Source: an uncultured Gammaproteobacteria bacterium
Lineage (GTDB): Bacteria > Pseudomonadota > Gammaproteobacteria > DRLM01
Direction of reading: 5' to 3'
DNA length: 64,000 nt
NCBI GenBank assembly: GCA_963761035.1
Contig: CAVXFH010000002.1
Location: 2,756,792-2,820,791 of the forward strand
The position numbers were made by a program, and so were the translations under genes. Positions 42,139 to 52,400 of the stretch are shown here, piece after piece. Below the pieces are notes generated by a model. That model was not told where the DNA came from, ran no database searches, and saw only the letters and a program-made list of their open reading frames with translations. Positions within the stretch are counted from its first letter, which is position 1. Each line of letters opens with the position of its first letter.

Positions 42139-42930
42139 ATGATGAATGCAAGCAACCCTACGAATGTGCCATTGCAGTTGCTCGGTCAGTCCGGGTGCCG
42201 ATTTGAGCACAACGGCAGCGTAATCTATATGGATCCTTATCTTTCCAACTCGGTTCAAGAGCTGGATTGTGCGGATTTGAGTCGGCTTATACCGGTCCCA
42301 TTACGTCCGGAAAAAGTTGTGGACGCCGACTGGATATTGATAACCCATGATCATATTGATCATTGTGATCCCTATACTTTACCAATAATTGCTCAGGCAT
42401 CTCCAAGCAGCAGTTTTATCGGACCCCCACCGGTACTCAATAAACTTCAAGAATGGGGTATCGCTAACCGGCGTTTGTATGTAGCCAAAGAAAGCTGGAT
42501 GCAAATCAGCAAGACGATAAAACTCAGAGCCGTGCCTGCCGCGCATCCAGATATCAGGCGAGATGATGGCGGAAATTTATTGACCGTCGGATATGTTGCT
42601 GAGATTGACGGGGCGCGACTATATCTCGCGGGCGATACCAGAATTACGAAGGAATTAATCGATGTATTGCTTTCGTTGCGTCCAATATCAATAGCTCTTT
42701 TACCTGTGAATGAGCACAATTTCTTTAGAGACCGCCGCGGGATTATAGGAAATATGTCTGTGAGAGAAGCCTTTCAGCTGGCGGAAGAAGTTGGAATAAA
42801 AGCTGTAATACCGGTTCACTGGGATATGTTTGCTGCGAATTCCGTAGACCCGGATGAAATGCGGGCCGTTTACAATCGAATGAATCCAGATTTTGAACTG
42901 AAAATCAGCCCGACTACCATGGCTTTCTAA
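42139..42930 (+). CDS. MBL-fold metallo-hydrolase (UlaG/lactonase-like)
   Basis: LGQSG, DPYLS, THDHIDHCD (HxHxDH), AAH, YLAGDT, PVHWDMF. Confidence 0.85.
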   Translation: MMNASNPTNVPLQLLGQSGCRFEHNGSVIYMDPYLSNSVQELDCADLSRLIPVPLRPEKVVDADWILITHDHIDHCDPYTLPIIAQASPSSSFIGPPPVLNKLQEWGIANRRLYVAKESWMQISKTIKLRAVPAAHPDIRRDDGGNLLTVGYVAEIDGARLYLAGDTRITKELIDVLLSLRPISIALLPVNEHNFFRDRRGIIGNMSVREAFQLAEEVGIKAVIPVHWDMFAANSVDPDEMRAVYNRMNPDFELKISPTTMAF

Positions 42931-42932
42931 TT

Positions 42933-43868
42933 ATGCATGTATCTATTGTTATTCGTACCTTAAATGAAGGAAAGCACTTGGATGCTTTGCTGAGGTGCAT
43001 CAAAAGTCAGGAGGCAGATGATCTTGATTATGAGATTATAATCATAGATTCGGGCTCAGAAGATCAAACATTGCATATAGCCGGATCTCATGGGTGTAAG
43101 ATTCTCCATATCACACGCCAAGAATTTTCTTTTGGGAGATCACTCAACATGGGGTGTGAAGCCGCATTGGGCGAGCTAATAGTCATAATTAGCGGCCATT
43201 GCATTCCGATGGACAATAAATGGTTGAAAGTGTTATGCGAACCATTACGAAATGGCATGGCCAGCTATGCCTATGGCCGGCAAATCGCCGGTCCGAATAG
43301 CCGTTATAGCGAGTACAGAATTTTTGCCAAGCATTATCCATGGCGAACTCAAATCCCGCAGAATGGCTTTTTCTGTAATAACGCCAATTCCGCTATCATG
43401 CGTTCCGCTTGGAAGCGATTCCGCTTTGATGAAGATCTGACAGGATTGGAGGATATGGATCTCGCAAGGCGCTTGATTAATGATGGCGGGAAGGTGGCCT
43501 ATATAGCTGAGGCATGCGTGCATCATTTTCACGATGAGGCGTGGCGATCTGTTAAGCGCCGTTTTGAGCGGGAGGCGATCGCGCTACAAAAGATCATGCC
43601 GCAGATTCATATTCATAAGCCAGATTTGGCCAGGTATATCATTTCAAGTATTTGGTTGGATTGGAGAAGCGCAAAGAAAGATGGTGTATTCTTCAATAAG
43701 GCGATTGAGATTGTCTTCTATAGATTTTACCAGTATTGGGGTAGTTATGTGGGCAATCATGAACATCGCAAACTTTCGCATTCACAAAAAGAGCAATATT
43801 TTTATCCTGACGGATTGAGGAATAAGCATGAAGAGGAAAATCATAGCGCTGCTACCTATGAAAGCTAA
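42933..43868 (+). CDS. GT2 glycosyltransferase (rhamnosyltransferase-like)
   Basis: SIVIRTLNE, IIDSGSEDQT, FSFGRSLN, GLED. Confidence 0.88.
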   Translation: MHVSIVIRTLNEGKHLDALLRCIKSQEADDLDYEIIIIDSGSEDQTLHIAGSHGCKILHITRQEFSFGRSLNMGCEAALGELIVIISGHCIPMDNKWLKVLCEPLRNGMASYAYGRQIAGPNSRYSEYRIFAKHYPWRTQIPQNGFFCNNANSAIMRSAWKRFRFDEDLTGLEDMDLARRLINDGGKVAYIAEACVHHFHDEAWRSVKRRFEREAIALQKIMPQIHIHKPDLARYIISSIWLDWRSAKKDGVFFNKAIEIVFYRFYQYWGSYVGNHEHRKLSHSQKEQYFYPDGLRNKHEEENHSAATYES

Positions 43869-44526
43869 CAGTGAGCGGGTAAAGGGAAAGAACTTTAGAA
43901 ATTTTAACGGAAAACCGCTGTTTCGCTGGATACTCGATTCCTTGTTACAAATAGAAGAAATAGACCGGATTGTCATCAATACTGACGCGCGCCACATTTT
44001 GGCAGACAATGGCTTGGTTGACGGTGGTAAGGTGGTAATTCGCGATCGTAGGCCTGAGATTTGTGGCGATTTGGTTTCCATGAATCTGATTATTTCCGAC
44101 GATGTCGAGAATGTAGATGCTGATATCTATCTGATGACGCACACTACAAATCCATTGATGAGCGCGAATACTATAAAGAGTGCGATAAATGCTTTCGAGA
44201 ACGCGGTCTCTGCCGGTATAGCGGATTCACTGTTTACTGTGGATAAGGTACAAACCCGGTTTTACAGGAAAGACGGCACTGCAGTTAACCATGAACCGAA
44301 TAATCTGATCCGCACGCAGGATCTCGAACCCTGGTTCGCAGAAAATTCCAATCTCTATGTTTTTACACGGGAAAGCTTTGCTAAAACAAATGCACGTATT
44401 GGTAAGAAGCCGATGATGTTCGAGAGCCCTAAATTTGAGTCGATTGATATCGATACGCCGGAAGATTGGGACTTGGCTGTCGTTGCCGCCCGATATTTAA
44501 CGGATCGACAGGTCCAAAAGCAATGA
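43828..44526 (+). CDS. Acylneuraminate cytidylyltransferase family (CMP-ulosonate synthetase)
   Basis: LLPMKANSERVKGKN...GKPL, INTD, HTTNP, RTQDL, IDIDTPEDW. Confidence 0.9.
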   Translation: MKRKIIALLPMKANSERVKGKNFRNFNGKPLFRWILDSLLQIEEIDRIVINTDARHILADNGLVDGGKVVIRDRRPEICGDLVSMNLIISDDVENVDADIYLMTHTTNPLMSANTIKSAINAFENAVSAGIADSLFTVDKVQTRFYRKDGTAVNHEPNNLIRTQDLEPWFAENSNLYVFTRESFAKTNARIGKKPMMFESPKFESIDIDTPEDWDLAVVAARYLTDRQVQKQ

Positions 44527-45455
44527 AGGTATTGGTAACCTGTCCACCTATGCTGGGCATGATCGACAGCTTCATACCAATTTTTACACAGCACGGCGTC
44601 GAAGTTACCGCACCTCGCGTCGTGCAAACATTATCAGTAGACAAACTTATAGAGTTTGTGCCCCATCACGATGGATGGATCATTGGCGACGATCCGGCAA
44701 CACGCGAAGTTTTTACTGCTGGTAAAGCCGGAAAGCTAAAAGCAGCCGTGAAATGGGGTATCGGCGTAGACAACGTTGATTTTGCAGCCTGCAATGAACT
44801 GGGTATTCCCATTGTGAATACCCCTAACATGTTTGGCAGGGAGGTTGCTGATATCGCGCTGGGTTATGTCATTGCACTGTCGAGGGAGACCTTTGAGATA
44901 GATCGTGGGGTACGGGCAGGGGAATGGCCCAAGCCCCGGGGGATATCCCTCGCCGCGAAAACAGTGGCGCTGATCGGATTCGGTGATATTGGAAAAAATA
45001 CCGCCAAGCGCCTGTTGGCCGTGGACATGAAGGTGATTGCCTATGACCCTGCCGCAAAGTCATCAGCGGAACTGACCGCAGTTGAAATGGCGACTTGGCC
45101 TATGCGAATTGAAGAGGCCGATTTTATCGTTGTCACTTGCTCCTTAACACCTTCAAGCCGTCACATGCTCAATGACGAGGCCTTTGCCAGAGCAAAGGCT
45201 GGCGTGCGCGTGATAAACGTTGGGAGAGGGCAAGTGGTTGATGAGAATGCGCTTGAGGCTGCTCTCAAAAGTGGCAAGGTCTATTCAGCTGCGCTTGATG
45301 TTTTTGAAATAGAGCCGCTTCCGATTAATTCTTATCTGCGCACTCACCCTCGCTGTGTATTTGGGTCACATAACGCTTCCAATACAGCCGATGCCGTAGA
45401 ATGTACCAGTCGGATTGCAATAGACAAGCTTTTCAGATTATTGGGCATAGTTTGA
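44523..45455 (+). CDS. D-isomer-specific 2-hydroxyacid dehydrogenase (SerA-like)
   Basis: KWGIGVDNVD, GFGDIG, NVGRG, ALDVFEIEP, SHNAS. Confidence 0.88.
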   Translation: MKVLVTCPPMLGMIDSFIPIFTQHGVEVTAPRVVQTLSVDKLIEFVPHHDGWIIGDDPATREVFTAGKAGKLKAAVKWGIGVDNVDFAACNELGIPIVNTPNMFGREVADIALGYVIALSRETFEIDRGVRAGEWPKPRGISLAAKTVALIGFGDIGKNTAKRLLAVDMKVIAYDPAAKSSAELTAVEMATWPMRIEEADFIVVTCSLTPSSRHMLNDEAFARAKAGVRVINVGRGQVVDENALEAALKSGKVYSAALDVFEIEPLPINSYLRTHPRCVFGSHNASNTADAVECTSRIAIDKLFRLLGIV

Positions 45456-45460
45456 TTATT

Positions 45461-46315
45461 ATGTCTGTTAAAGAGGATCAGCGGATTCGAGTCTATCGTC
45501 CCGACAGCAGAGTCAGAGAGGGCGCATTCGCCGCTCTTCGCCATTTATCAGCTGAAATCTGGGGCTTTCGTAGCCATATACGAATTGTATTCGAGGAGGA
45601 GTTTCGCGCCACCTACTCCGGAACAGGGTTAGGCATATTTTGGAACTATGCGCTACCTCTTGTTCCGTTGACTATCTATTGGTTCTTATCTAGGCTACGT
45701 GTTTTTCCAAATTTCGACGGTGTTGATAGCGCAACCTTTCTGACCTTTGGCATAAGCTTGTGGTTCTTCTTTGTTGGCCTCGTCCAAGTGCCGATCCAAA
45801 TTGTGCAATCGCGTAATAAGGAGGCTATGAAAACCGCTTTTCCGTTGAGCGCGTCCATCGTATCGGGGTTTGCTAAATTGCTATTCGATACACTAGTAAG
45901 ACTAGCCCTTGTAACCATTGTTGTCATATCGACAAAGAGCTGGCCAACTTGGCAAGGGCTATTGCTACCATTGGTTTTGTTGCCAGCTTTTATATTTTTT
46001 CTTGGCATAGGACTTGTGCTTGGCATACTTAACGTAATCTACAATGATATCTCTCGTGTTGTGAATATTGCGTTTCAATATGGTATTTTCATCAGCGGCG
46101 TAATATTTCCCCTATCAGATTTTGGCCTATTATCTACATTGAATCAGCTTAACCCTTTTGCAGTTTTTATTAATGTTAGTCGCTCAATCGTCTTTCGGGG
46201 AATACTCGATAACTCATATGCGTACTTGGCAATGTCAGCCGCTGCAGTATTGGTATTCTTGTTTTCAGTCCGCCTGTTCTACATCATGGAATATCGTGTG
46301 AGAGGAATTAGCTGA
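45461..46315 (+). CDS. wzm: Polysaccharide ABC transporter permease
   Basis: Y.GTGLGIFW, about 6 TM segments, DI..V, LNP motif; translationally coupled to wzt. Confidence 0.88.
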   Translation: MSVKEDQRIRVYRPDSRVREGAFAALRHLSAEIWGFRSHIRIVFEEEFRATYSGTGLGIFWNYALPLVPLTIYWFLSRLRVFPNFDGVDSATFLTFGISLWFFFVGLVQVPIQIVQSRNKEAMKTAFPLSASIVSGFAKLLFDTLVRLALVTIVVISTKSWPTWQGLLLPLVLLPAFIFFLGIGLVLGILNVIYNDISRVVNIAFQYGIFISGVIFPLSDFGLLSTLNQLNPFAVFINVSRSIVFRGILDNSYAYLAMSAAAVLVFLFSVRLFYIMEYRVRGIS

Positions 46316-47577
46316 TGTTGACGCAATCCGACACCGTACTGGAAGTGGAACATATCTCCAAACTTTATTCACGGGCTCGAAGCGCAACCCGTCAAAGATT
46401 GACTCGCACCTTTGGATCGACAATCCTAGGACGTTTGCCAACGCCTTTTACTGACCTGCAAAAAGGTGAATTCTGGTCGCTCAAAGACGTAAGTTTTTCA
46501 CTACGGCGGGGAGAGTCGCTGGGTGTTATTGGCTTCAACGGTGCGGGGAAGACAACACTGCTTCGACTTCTTGCGGGGCAACTTTTGCCGGACGAAGGTG
46601 AAATACGTGTACTTGGTAAGACGGCGGCGATGATAGATCTCACTGCTGGCTTTCAGATGACGGCGAGTGGAAGACAGAATATATTTCTTCGCGGCGCAAT
46701 GCTTGCCCGAAGTAAAGAAGAAATTGCCGCAACTTTTGAAGAAATTCTCGATTTCGCAGAACTGGGTGATGCGATCGGCGCACCGGTTGCGACCTACAGC
46801 TCCGGCATGCTCATGCGTCTTGCCTTTTCCATTATGGTGTTCTTGAAGGCAGATATATTTTTTATCGATGAAATTCTTGCTGTTGGTGATTTTCGCTTTC
46901 AGCAGAAATGTCTGGAACATTTCAGGGCCATACGGAAACGGGTCGCTATAATGCTGGTTTCGCACTCTATGTATAGCATTAGATCATTTTGCGATCGAGT
47001 TATTGTTTTACATGATGGCCTTATTACCTTCGAAGGTAAGCCAGAAGACGCGATTCGTGTTTATGAGCAACTGAATAGTCCAAACGCATTACATAAAGAA
47101 AAGGCGCCTAATCAGGTAACGTTCCTTGGGCCACAGTTCCACAATACTCGAGCCATAGAAGAAGTGGAGCATTATTGGTGTGATGCGAATGGAAAACCCA
47201 TCAGCGAGATATGCCTAGGAGATAGTCTATATTGCAAGGTAATCTTCAAAATAAACCATAAAGCTAACAACCTAATTATCGGAGTACCTGTTTGGACAGA
47301 GGAAGGTACATTTTTGACCGGGCTTTCTACCGAACTCCAGAATGTGAGAATGGATGTGGAAGCCGAAAATAAGGTTATCTTCCTCCTCACGGTACCCAAT
47401 ATTGGCTTGAATCCGGGTGTGTATTTTTCTAATGTTAGCATTTTGGATGGTCACGAATTTCTTTACCGCAATAAAAATTCTTCTTTGACAGTTACATCAA
47501 CACGTGGTCGTTTCTGGGGATTGGTAACGATGGAGCATTATTGGCAACGACAAACTTTAGATGCGGAGTTACTTTAA
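46315..47577 (+). CDS. wzt: Polysaccharide ABC transporter ATPase with C-terminal (Wzt_C) domain
   Basis: FWSLKDVSF, GFNGAGKTT, TYSSGM, IDEILAVGD, VSH; about 170-aa C-terminal extension. Confidence 0.93.
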   Translation: MLTQSDTVLEVEHISKLYSRARSATRQRLTRTFGSTILGRLPTPFTDLQKGEFWSLKDVSFSLRRGESLGVIGFNGAGKTTLLRLLAGQLLPDEGEIRVLGKTAAMIDLTAGFQMTASGRQNIFLRGAMLARSKEEIAATFEEILDFAELGDAIGAPVATYSSGMLMRLAFSIMVFLKADIFFIDEILAVGDFRFQQKCLEHFRAIRKRVAIMLVSHSMYSIRSFCDRVIVLHDGLITFEGKPEDAIRVYEQLNSPNALHKEKAPNQVTFLGPQFHNTRAIEEVEHYWCDANGKPISEICLGDSLYCKVIFKINHKANNLIIGVPVWTEEGTFLTGLSTELQNVRMDVEAENKVIFLLTVPNIGLNPGVYFSNVSILDGHEFLYRNKNSSLTVTSTRGRFWGLVTMEHYWQRQTLDAELL

Positions 47578-47838
47578 TGAAGCTGACTGTTTATGCTTCA
47601 TACATACTTCTGGCTAGAAATAGTAGGTGAAATGGGCGGCCCATCGTGCCGTACTGGCAATGTTGAATCTGTGATTATCTAGAAGTAGATAATGGTTGCG
47701 TGGATACAAGGCAGCTGAGGCGTCCCACAGTATAAGCGTAGGGACATCCATCGCGCCCTGTCTCGAGGCGGCAATGTGCCCCGAGTGTTCTTGACGCCTC
47801 TTTATGGAATTCTTGTGTTTGCATATATGAGGTCGATT

Positions 47839-48570
47839 ATGTTTGACTTTATTCGTAAAAAAGATGTTTGGGATGCCTGTGATAAGGGCTACCTAGACGA
47901 ATTAAAGAGCAAAAACATTTCCTACCAACTAAAGAATGCACAAGATTTGGCGATTTACCGCCTTATTAGAGACTTGCAGGGACTTGAAATTGCTGAAATA
48001 GGTGGAGGTAATTCAAGGATATTGGAATGTGTAACAAAGAATAATAGATGCACTAATATCGAAAAGTTTGAAGGGAGAGATTTGGGGCCAGTTGGAGAAA
48101 TAAAACTAAAAGATATTACAAATATAGATGCATACATTGGAGATTTTGATCCTAGAATATCAGATTGCTCATTTGATCTGATATTTTCAATCTCTGTAGT
48201 GGAGCATGTTGAAACTGAACGTCTTGCTGATTTCTATCGAGACTCACTCCGCATCCTGAAACCTGGCGGAAAATTTCTTCACGCCATAGATATATATATT
48301 CAAGACACCCCAACCAATTACAACATAGAAAGATATAAAATCTACAGGAATTGGGTGACAGCCAATCATATGGTGGCTCCAATAGGTAAAATTTATAATG
48401 GCCATCTCGATTTTATGCCTGATATGGCATCCAATCCGGACAACATCCTATATGGTTGGAATAAAATGGTTCCTTTGCTGAGTGAAGTTCGAGCAATATC
48501 CCAAAATGTCTCATTAATTGTTGGGGCCAAAAAAATTGAATCTAATGATTGGAATCCAATCCATGAATAA
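47839..48570 (+). CDS. Class I SAM-dependent methyltransferase
   Basis: EIGGG, FDLIFSISVVEH, RILKPGG. Confidence 0.85.
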   Translation: MFDFIRKKDVWDACDKGYLDELKSKNISYQLKNAQDLAIYRLIRDLQGLEIAEIGGGNSRILECVTKNNRCTNIEKFEGRDLGPVGEIKLKDITNIDAYIGDFDPRISDCSFDLIFSISVVEHVETERLADFYRDSLRILKPGGKFLHAIDIYIQDTPTNYNIERYKIYRNWVTANHMVAPIGKIYNGHLDFMPDMASNPDNILYGWNKMVPLLSEVRAISQNVSLIVGAKKIESNDWNPIHE

Positions 48571-49405
48571 ATTTTTAAGTATTCACGATGCAAGCCTTTT
48601 CTTAAAAAATGGCGGAGACGGTATTTATAATATAGCCAAGCATGACGGCGGATTGTGTATTGATGGCGGCGCCGCTGCCGGCTATGTAACAAAAATACTG
48701 CTCCAATCCAGCTCTTGCTATGTTCTAGCTTTCGAACCTTTTCCAGGGAATATTCCACATTTCCTTAAAACTGTCGGAGACAGCAAAAATTACACACTTT
48801 ATCAAAAAGCATTAGGACGATTTACAGGTAATTCCAATTTCTACGTGAGCCGTACAGTCGACGGCAACCAACCTGGCTGGAATCATTTGCAAGGGTATTC
48901 GTCTGAAGGTTATTTAGTTGCAGACGACCAGGAATCAAAGAAGGGCACGCATTTGGTTGTCGATGTTGTGCGATTAGATGACTACATTACCGATAACATA
49001 ACCTTGCTCAAGCTAGATTTGCAAGGCGGCGAATATGACGCTCTTTGCGGCGCAGGAACTAAACTTGAAAAAGTTAGATACTGTTATATTGAGTTTTCTC
49101 TAGACTGGAGATCTCTCGAACTCCTTACATCGAATGAATTTATTATATTTGATACTCAATATACTGGCATACCAAAGATTCCCATTGAAAGTCTGGATGG
49201 AGTATTTGAAAACGCGAATGTAATAAATTTATCTAATGGATACAAGGCAGTGTCAGGAATTATCCGCGGACTCCCAAGGGATTTGCATAGCTATCGTGAA
49301 TTTCTTGAAAATTTCAAGTCGAGATATTTTTACCATTTATGGTCAGATATCATCGCTGTAAACAACAGGTATTTAAGTAATTTCATTATTTCCGCGATTA
49401 GGTAA
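48563..49405 (+). CDS. FkbM family methyltransferase
   Basis: IDGGAAAG, AFEPFP, RLDD, LKLDLQGGE. Confidence 0.87.
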   Translation: MNKFLSIHDASLFLKNGGDGIYNIAKHDGGLCIDGGAAAGYVTKILLQSSSCYVLAFEPFPGNIPHFLKTVGDSKNYTLYQKALGRFTGNSNFYVSRTVDGNQPGWNHLQGYSSEGYLVADDQESKKGTHLVVDVVRLDDYITDNITLLKLDLQGGEYDALCGAGTKLEKVRYCYIEFSLDWRSLELLTSNEFIIFDTQYTGIPKIPIESLDGVFENANVINLSNGYKAVSGIIRGLPRDLHSYREFLENFKSRYFYHLWSDIIAVNNRYLSNFIISAIR

Positions 49406-49421
49406 ATTCGATTTTATTATT

Positions 49422-52400
49422 ATGAAACCTTCTCCAATATTAAGCATTGCAATTCCCGCATATAATAGACCATTTGAATTGAAATACTGCCTCGATCGTT
49501 TTGTTGCCCAGATTATAGGTAAATATGAAAATGAAATTGAGATAATAATTAGCGATGACAGTTCTCCAAACGATAGCCTGAAAGATATTCGAAAAATTGC
49601 CGAGCGATACTCATTTATTAGATACAGAAAATATGCCGATAATATCGGCCTAGAAAAAAATTTAATCAAGTGTGCTGATGAGTGTATTGGAGAGTATTTG
49701 TGGATATTTGGTGATGACGATTTTCTTGAGCAAGATGATGGGCTTGATTATGTAATGAGTTTATTGCGCGAGGGTAAATACGAATTCTATGTGCTTAATA
49801 GAGTACGAAGGAATTCTAATCTCTCTAAGCTGATCTCAAATAACTGGATGCGACTTGATGCCGCGAAAACTTATGCCTTTTCCGGATTACGTGAATTCTG
49901 TGTGAGGCATGGCTTTATCAGCATTATTGGTTTTATATCTGTCAACATTTTTCGACGATGTCCATTTCAAGAGATTGATGCATCCAAGTATTTTGGAACC
50001 ATGTACCCGCAACTCGGCGCCATGGTTGAAGCTTTCTATGATAAGAAAACACTTCTGGTGGGCCGCCCTCTTGTCTGTCACAGAACACAAACCATTGATG
50101 AAAAAAAGGCAGCATTGGGTAATAAGCGCGCTGAATCGGATTTTATGGCGGATGTTAAACTAAGAAATGCAATTTACTTTAGCCATCCCTATATAAAGAT
50201 GCTTTCTGAGCTTATAAGCAGAGGGGCTTTTCTACCTGAGGATATTATACGAATTCCGGAGAATACGGTAATCAATGGGCTGCTCATTGATTTTCTTATT
50301 CAAACTGTTGCACTTAGTCAGGAATTACATGTAGGCGTTGATTCTGAGGCTTGGAGGAATACTAGAAAATTCTTTGATGCTTTACCGCTCGATTCGGCAA
50401 GACGCAAGCAGATTGAAGTACTATTTGCAAAACAGTTCGATGTTCCCCGAACGTATTCAGTTGCAGAGATTTCGACTCATAGAGTCGATGGTCATGAATT
50501 AACTATTTCAGTAATCTCTCCGAGCTTTAACCAGGCTGAGTTTCTAGCGGAATGCCTGTCATCTGTTCGTGATCAGACCTACAAGCCCCTAGAACATCTC
50601 GTATTTGATCCAGGTTCACATGATAGAAGTCGCAATATTGCTGCGAGCTATCCTCATGTAACACTCATCACCGAACCAGACTCTGGCCAGTCTGATGCTA
50701 TAAATAAGGGCTTATTGCGCGCTCGCGGTGATATCATTGCTTGGCTTAACTCAGATGATTGCTTTGCTCACTCGAAAGTTTTCGAGCTAATTGTCCAACG
50801 CTTTTTACAGGCGGATGCGCCAGATATTGTGTATGGAAGAGGAATTTACATCAATGAGACTGGTGAGAAGCTGCGGGATGTCTACATAAATAAGGACCCT
50901 GCATCTCTGAGTTGGCGTTTTCAACAAGAAGATGGAATTTTGCAGCCCGCACTTTTTATGCGAAGAAGCGTAATTGAACGCGTCGGTCTTCTGCGTAACG
51001 ATCTTCATTACTGCATGGATTACGAGTATTGGATTAGATGCGTGAAGGCTGGAATTAAGTTTGTGTATTTAGACAAGGTTCTGGCAAATGCTCGCTATCA
51101 CATCAGCAACAAAACCTACGGAATGCGAGGAAAAAGCTATTCCGAAGTTTGTGACATGATGAGGGAACATTTCGGATATGTTAATCATACTTGGATAAAG
51201 CGCTATGCTGAATTCCTGGTAGAGGGATACGATGGCGTACTTATGCACGCCGGAAATGCCATTGTTAGAGATGTTGATAATTTTGATATAGCCTATCGAA
51301 AATTGCTTTTAGCTTACAATGGTTCTCATGATACCTACCACCTGCTGGAGCATGGGGCTTCCAAGAAAGGGCTAGGAGATACTCTACGAGAAATGACGAC
51401 ATTAGGGATCAAGCCTCTGGTACCTTGTAAAGAAATCCCCACTGAGCAAGTTCAAGCGCCAGGCTGTATTCCTTATACTGTAGGTACTAGGAGGTGGGCA
51501 TACGATGCAAAATGGAAAGCGGTGCAAATCGCCAGGACACATGAATTCTTTCGAGATCGCATAGCTCATCGCTGTCGCGATACCTGTGTCATCGTTGGCA
51601 ATGGCCCGAGCTTAAATAAAACGAATTTGTCTCTGCTGAAGGATCAAGATGTCATCGTTTCCAACAATGCATTCTTGAGTCCTGAACTTCTTATGTATGC
51701 GACTTACTATACTGTAGTTAATTATCTTGTAGCAGAGCAGAGCTCTCAACACATTAACAGATTGGAGGGTGTACATAAAGTTTTACCCTATTGGCTGGCA
51801 TATTGCTTGAATCCTGACCAGGATACCTACTTTGTAGATGCGGTTGGTCGCGCAGAATTCAGCAAAGACATTTTTAATAATATGTCATGGCGACATACTG
51901 TTACTTTTTTTAACTTGCACCTTGCATATGGGCTTGGATATCGCAGGGTGGTGATGATTGGGTTTGATCATGGCTATAAACAGCCGAATAGCATTGTGGA
52001 ACAGGATGTTATTCAAAGCTACGAGGACGACGAAAATCATTTTCATCCAGGCTATTTCCGTGGCAAAAAATGGCAAGCAGCCGATGTTGGGAAAATGGAA
52101 GAAATGTACCTTCTCGCTAAAATTGGATTTGAGGAAGATGGTCGCACAATCATCAATGCCACGGCTGGTGGCAAATTAGAACTCTTTCCTAGGATGCCTC
52201 TGGAGCAAGCATTGAAGCTCGGTCAAGTTCGTAAAAATATTCCTTTGCTTCATTCAACCCCTGCGATAGCTATTCCTAAAATCGGGCCATTCTTGCGAAG
52301 CGTGCATGCTCACTGGGATGAATCTAATGGGATCGCCGAGTTATTTTCGGAAAAACTGTCTGGCACAATGATTGATGTAGGTGCCCATTATGGTTCAGCA

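Noticed and set aside
44523-45455. Second housekeeping serA
   Set aside because: A serA already sits in the serC operon; this copy lacks an ACT domain and is embedded in the glycan cluster, so no gene symbol was assigned.
47745-47800. RAYT/IS200-like transposase remnant (HRALSRGGNVPRVF)
   Set aside because: Resemblance is too short and weak, with no HUH motif or continuing frame.
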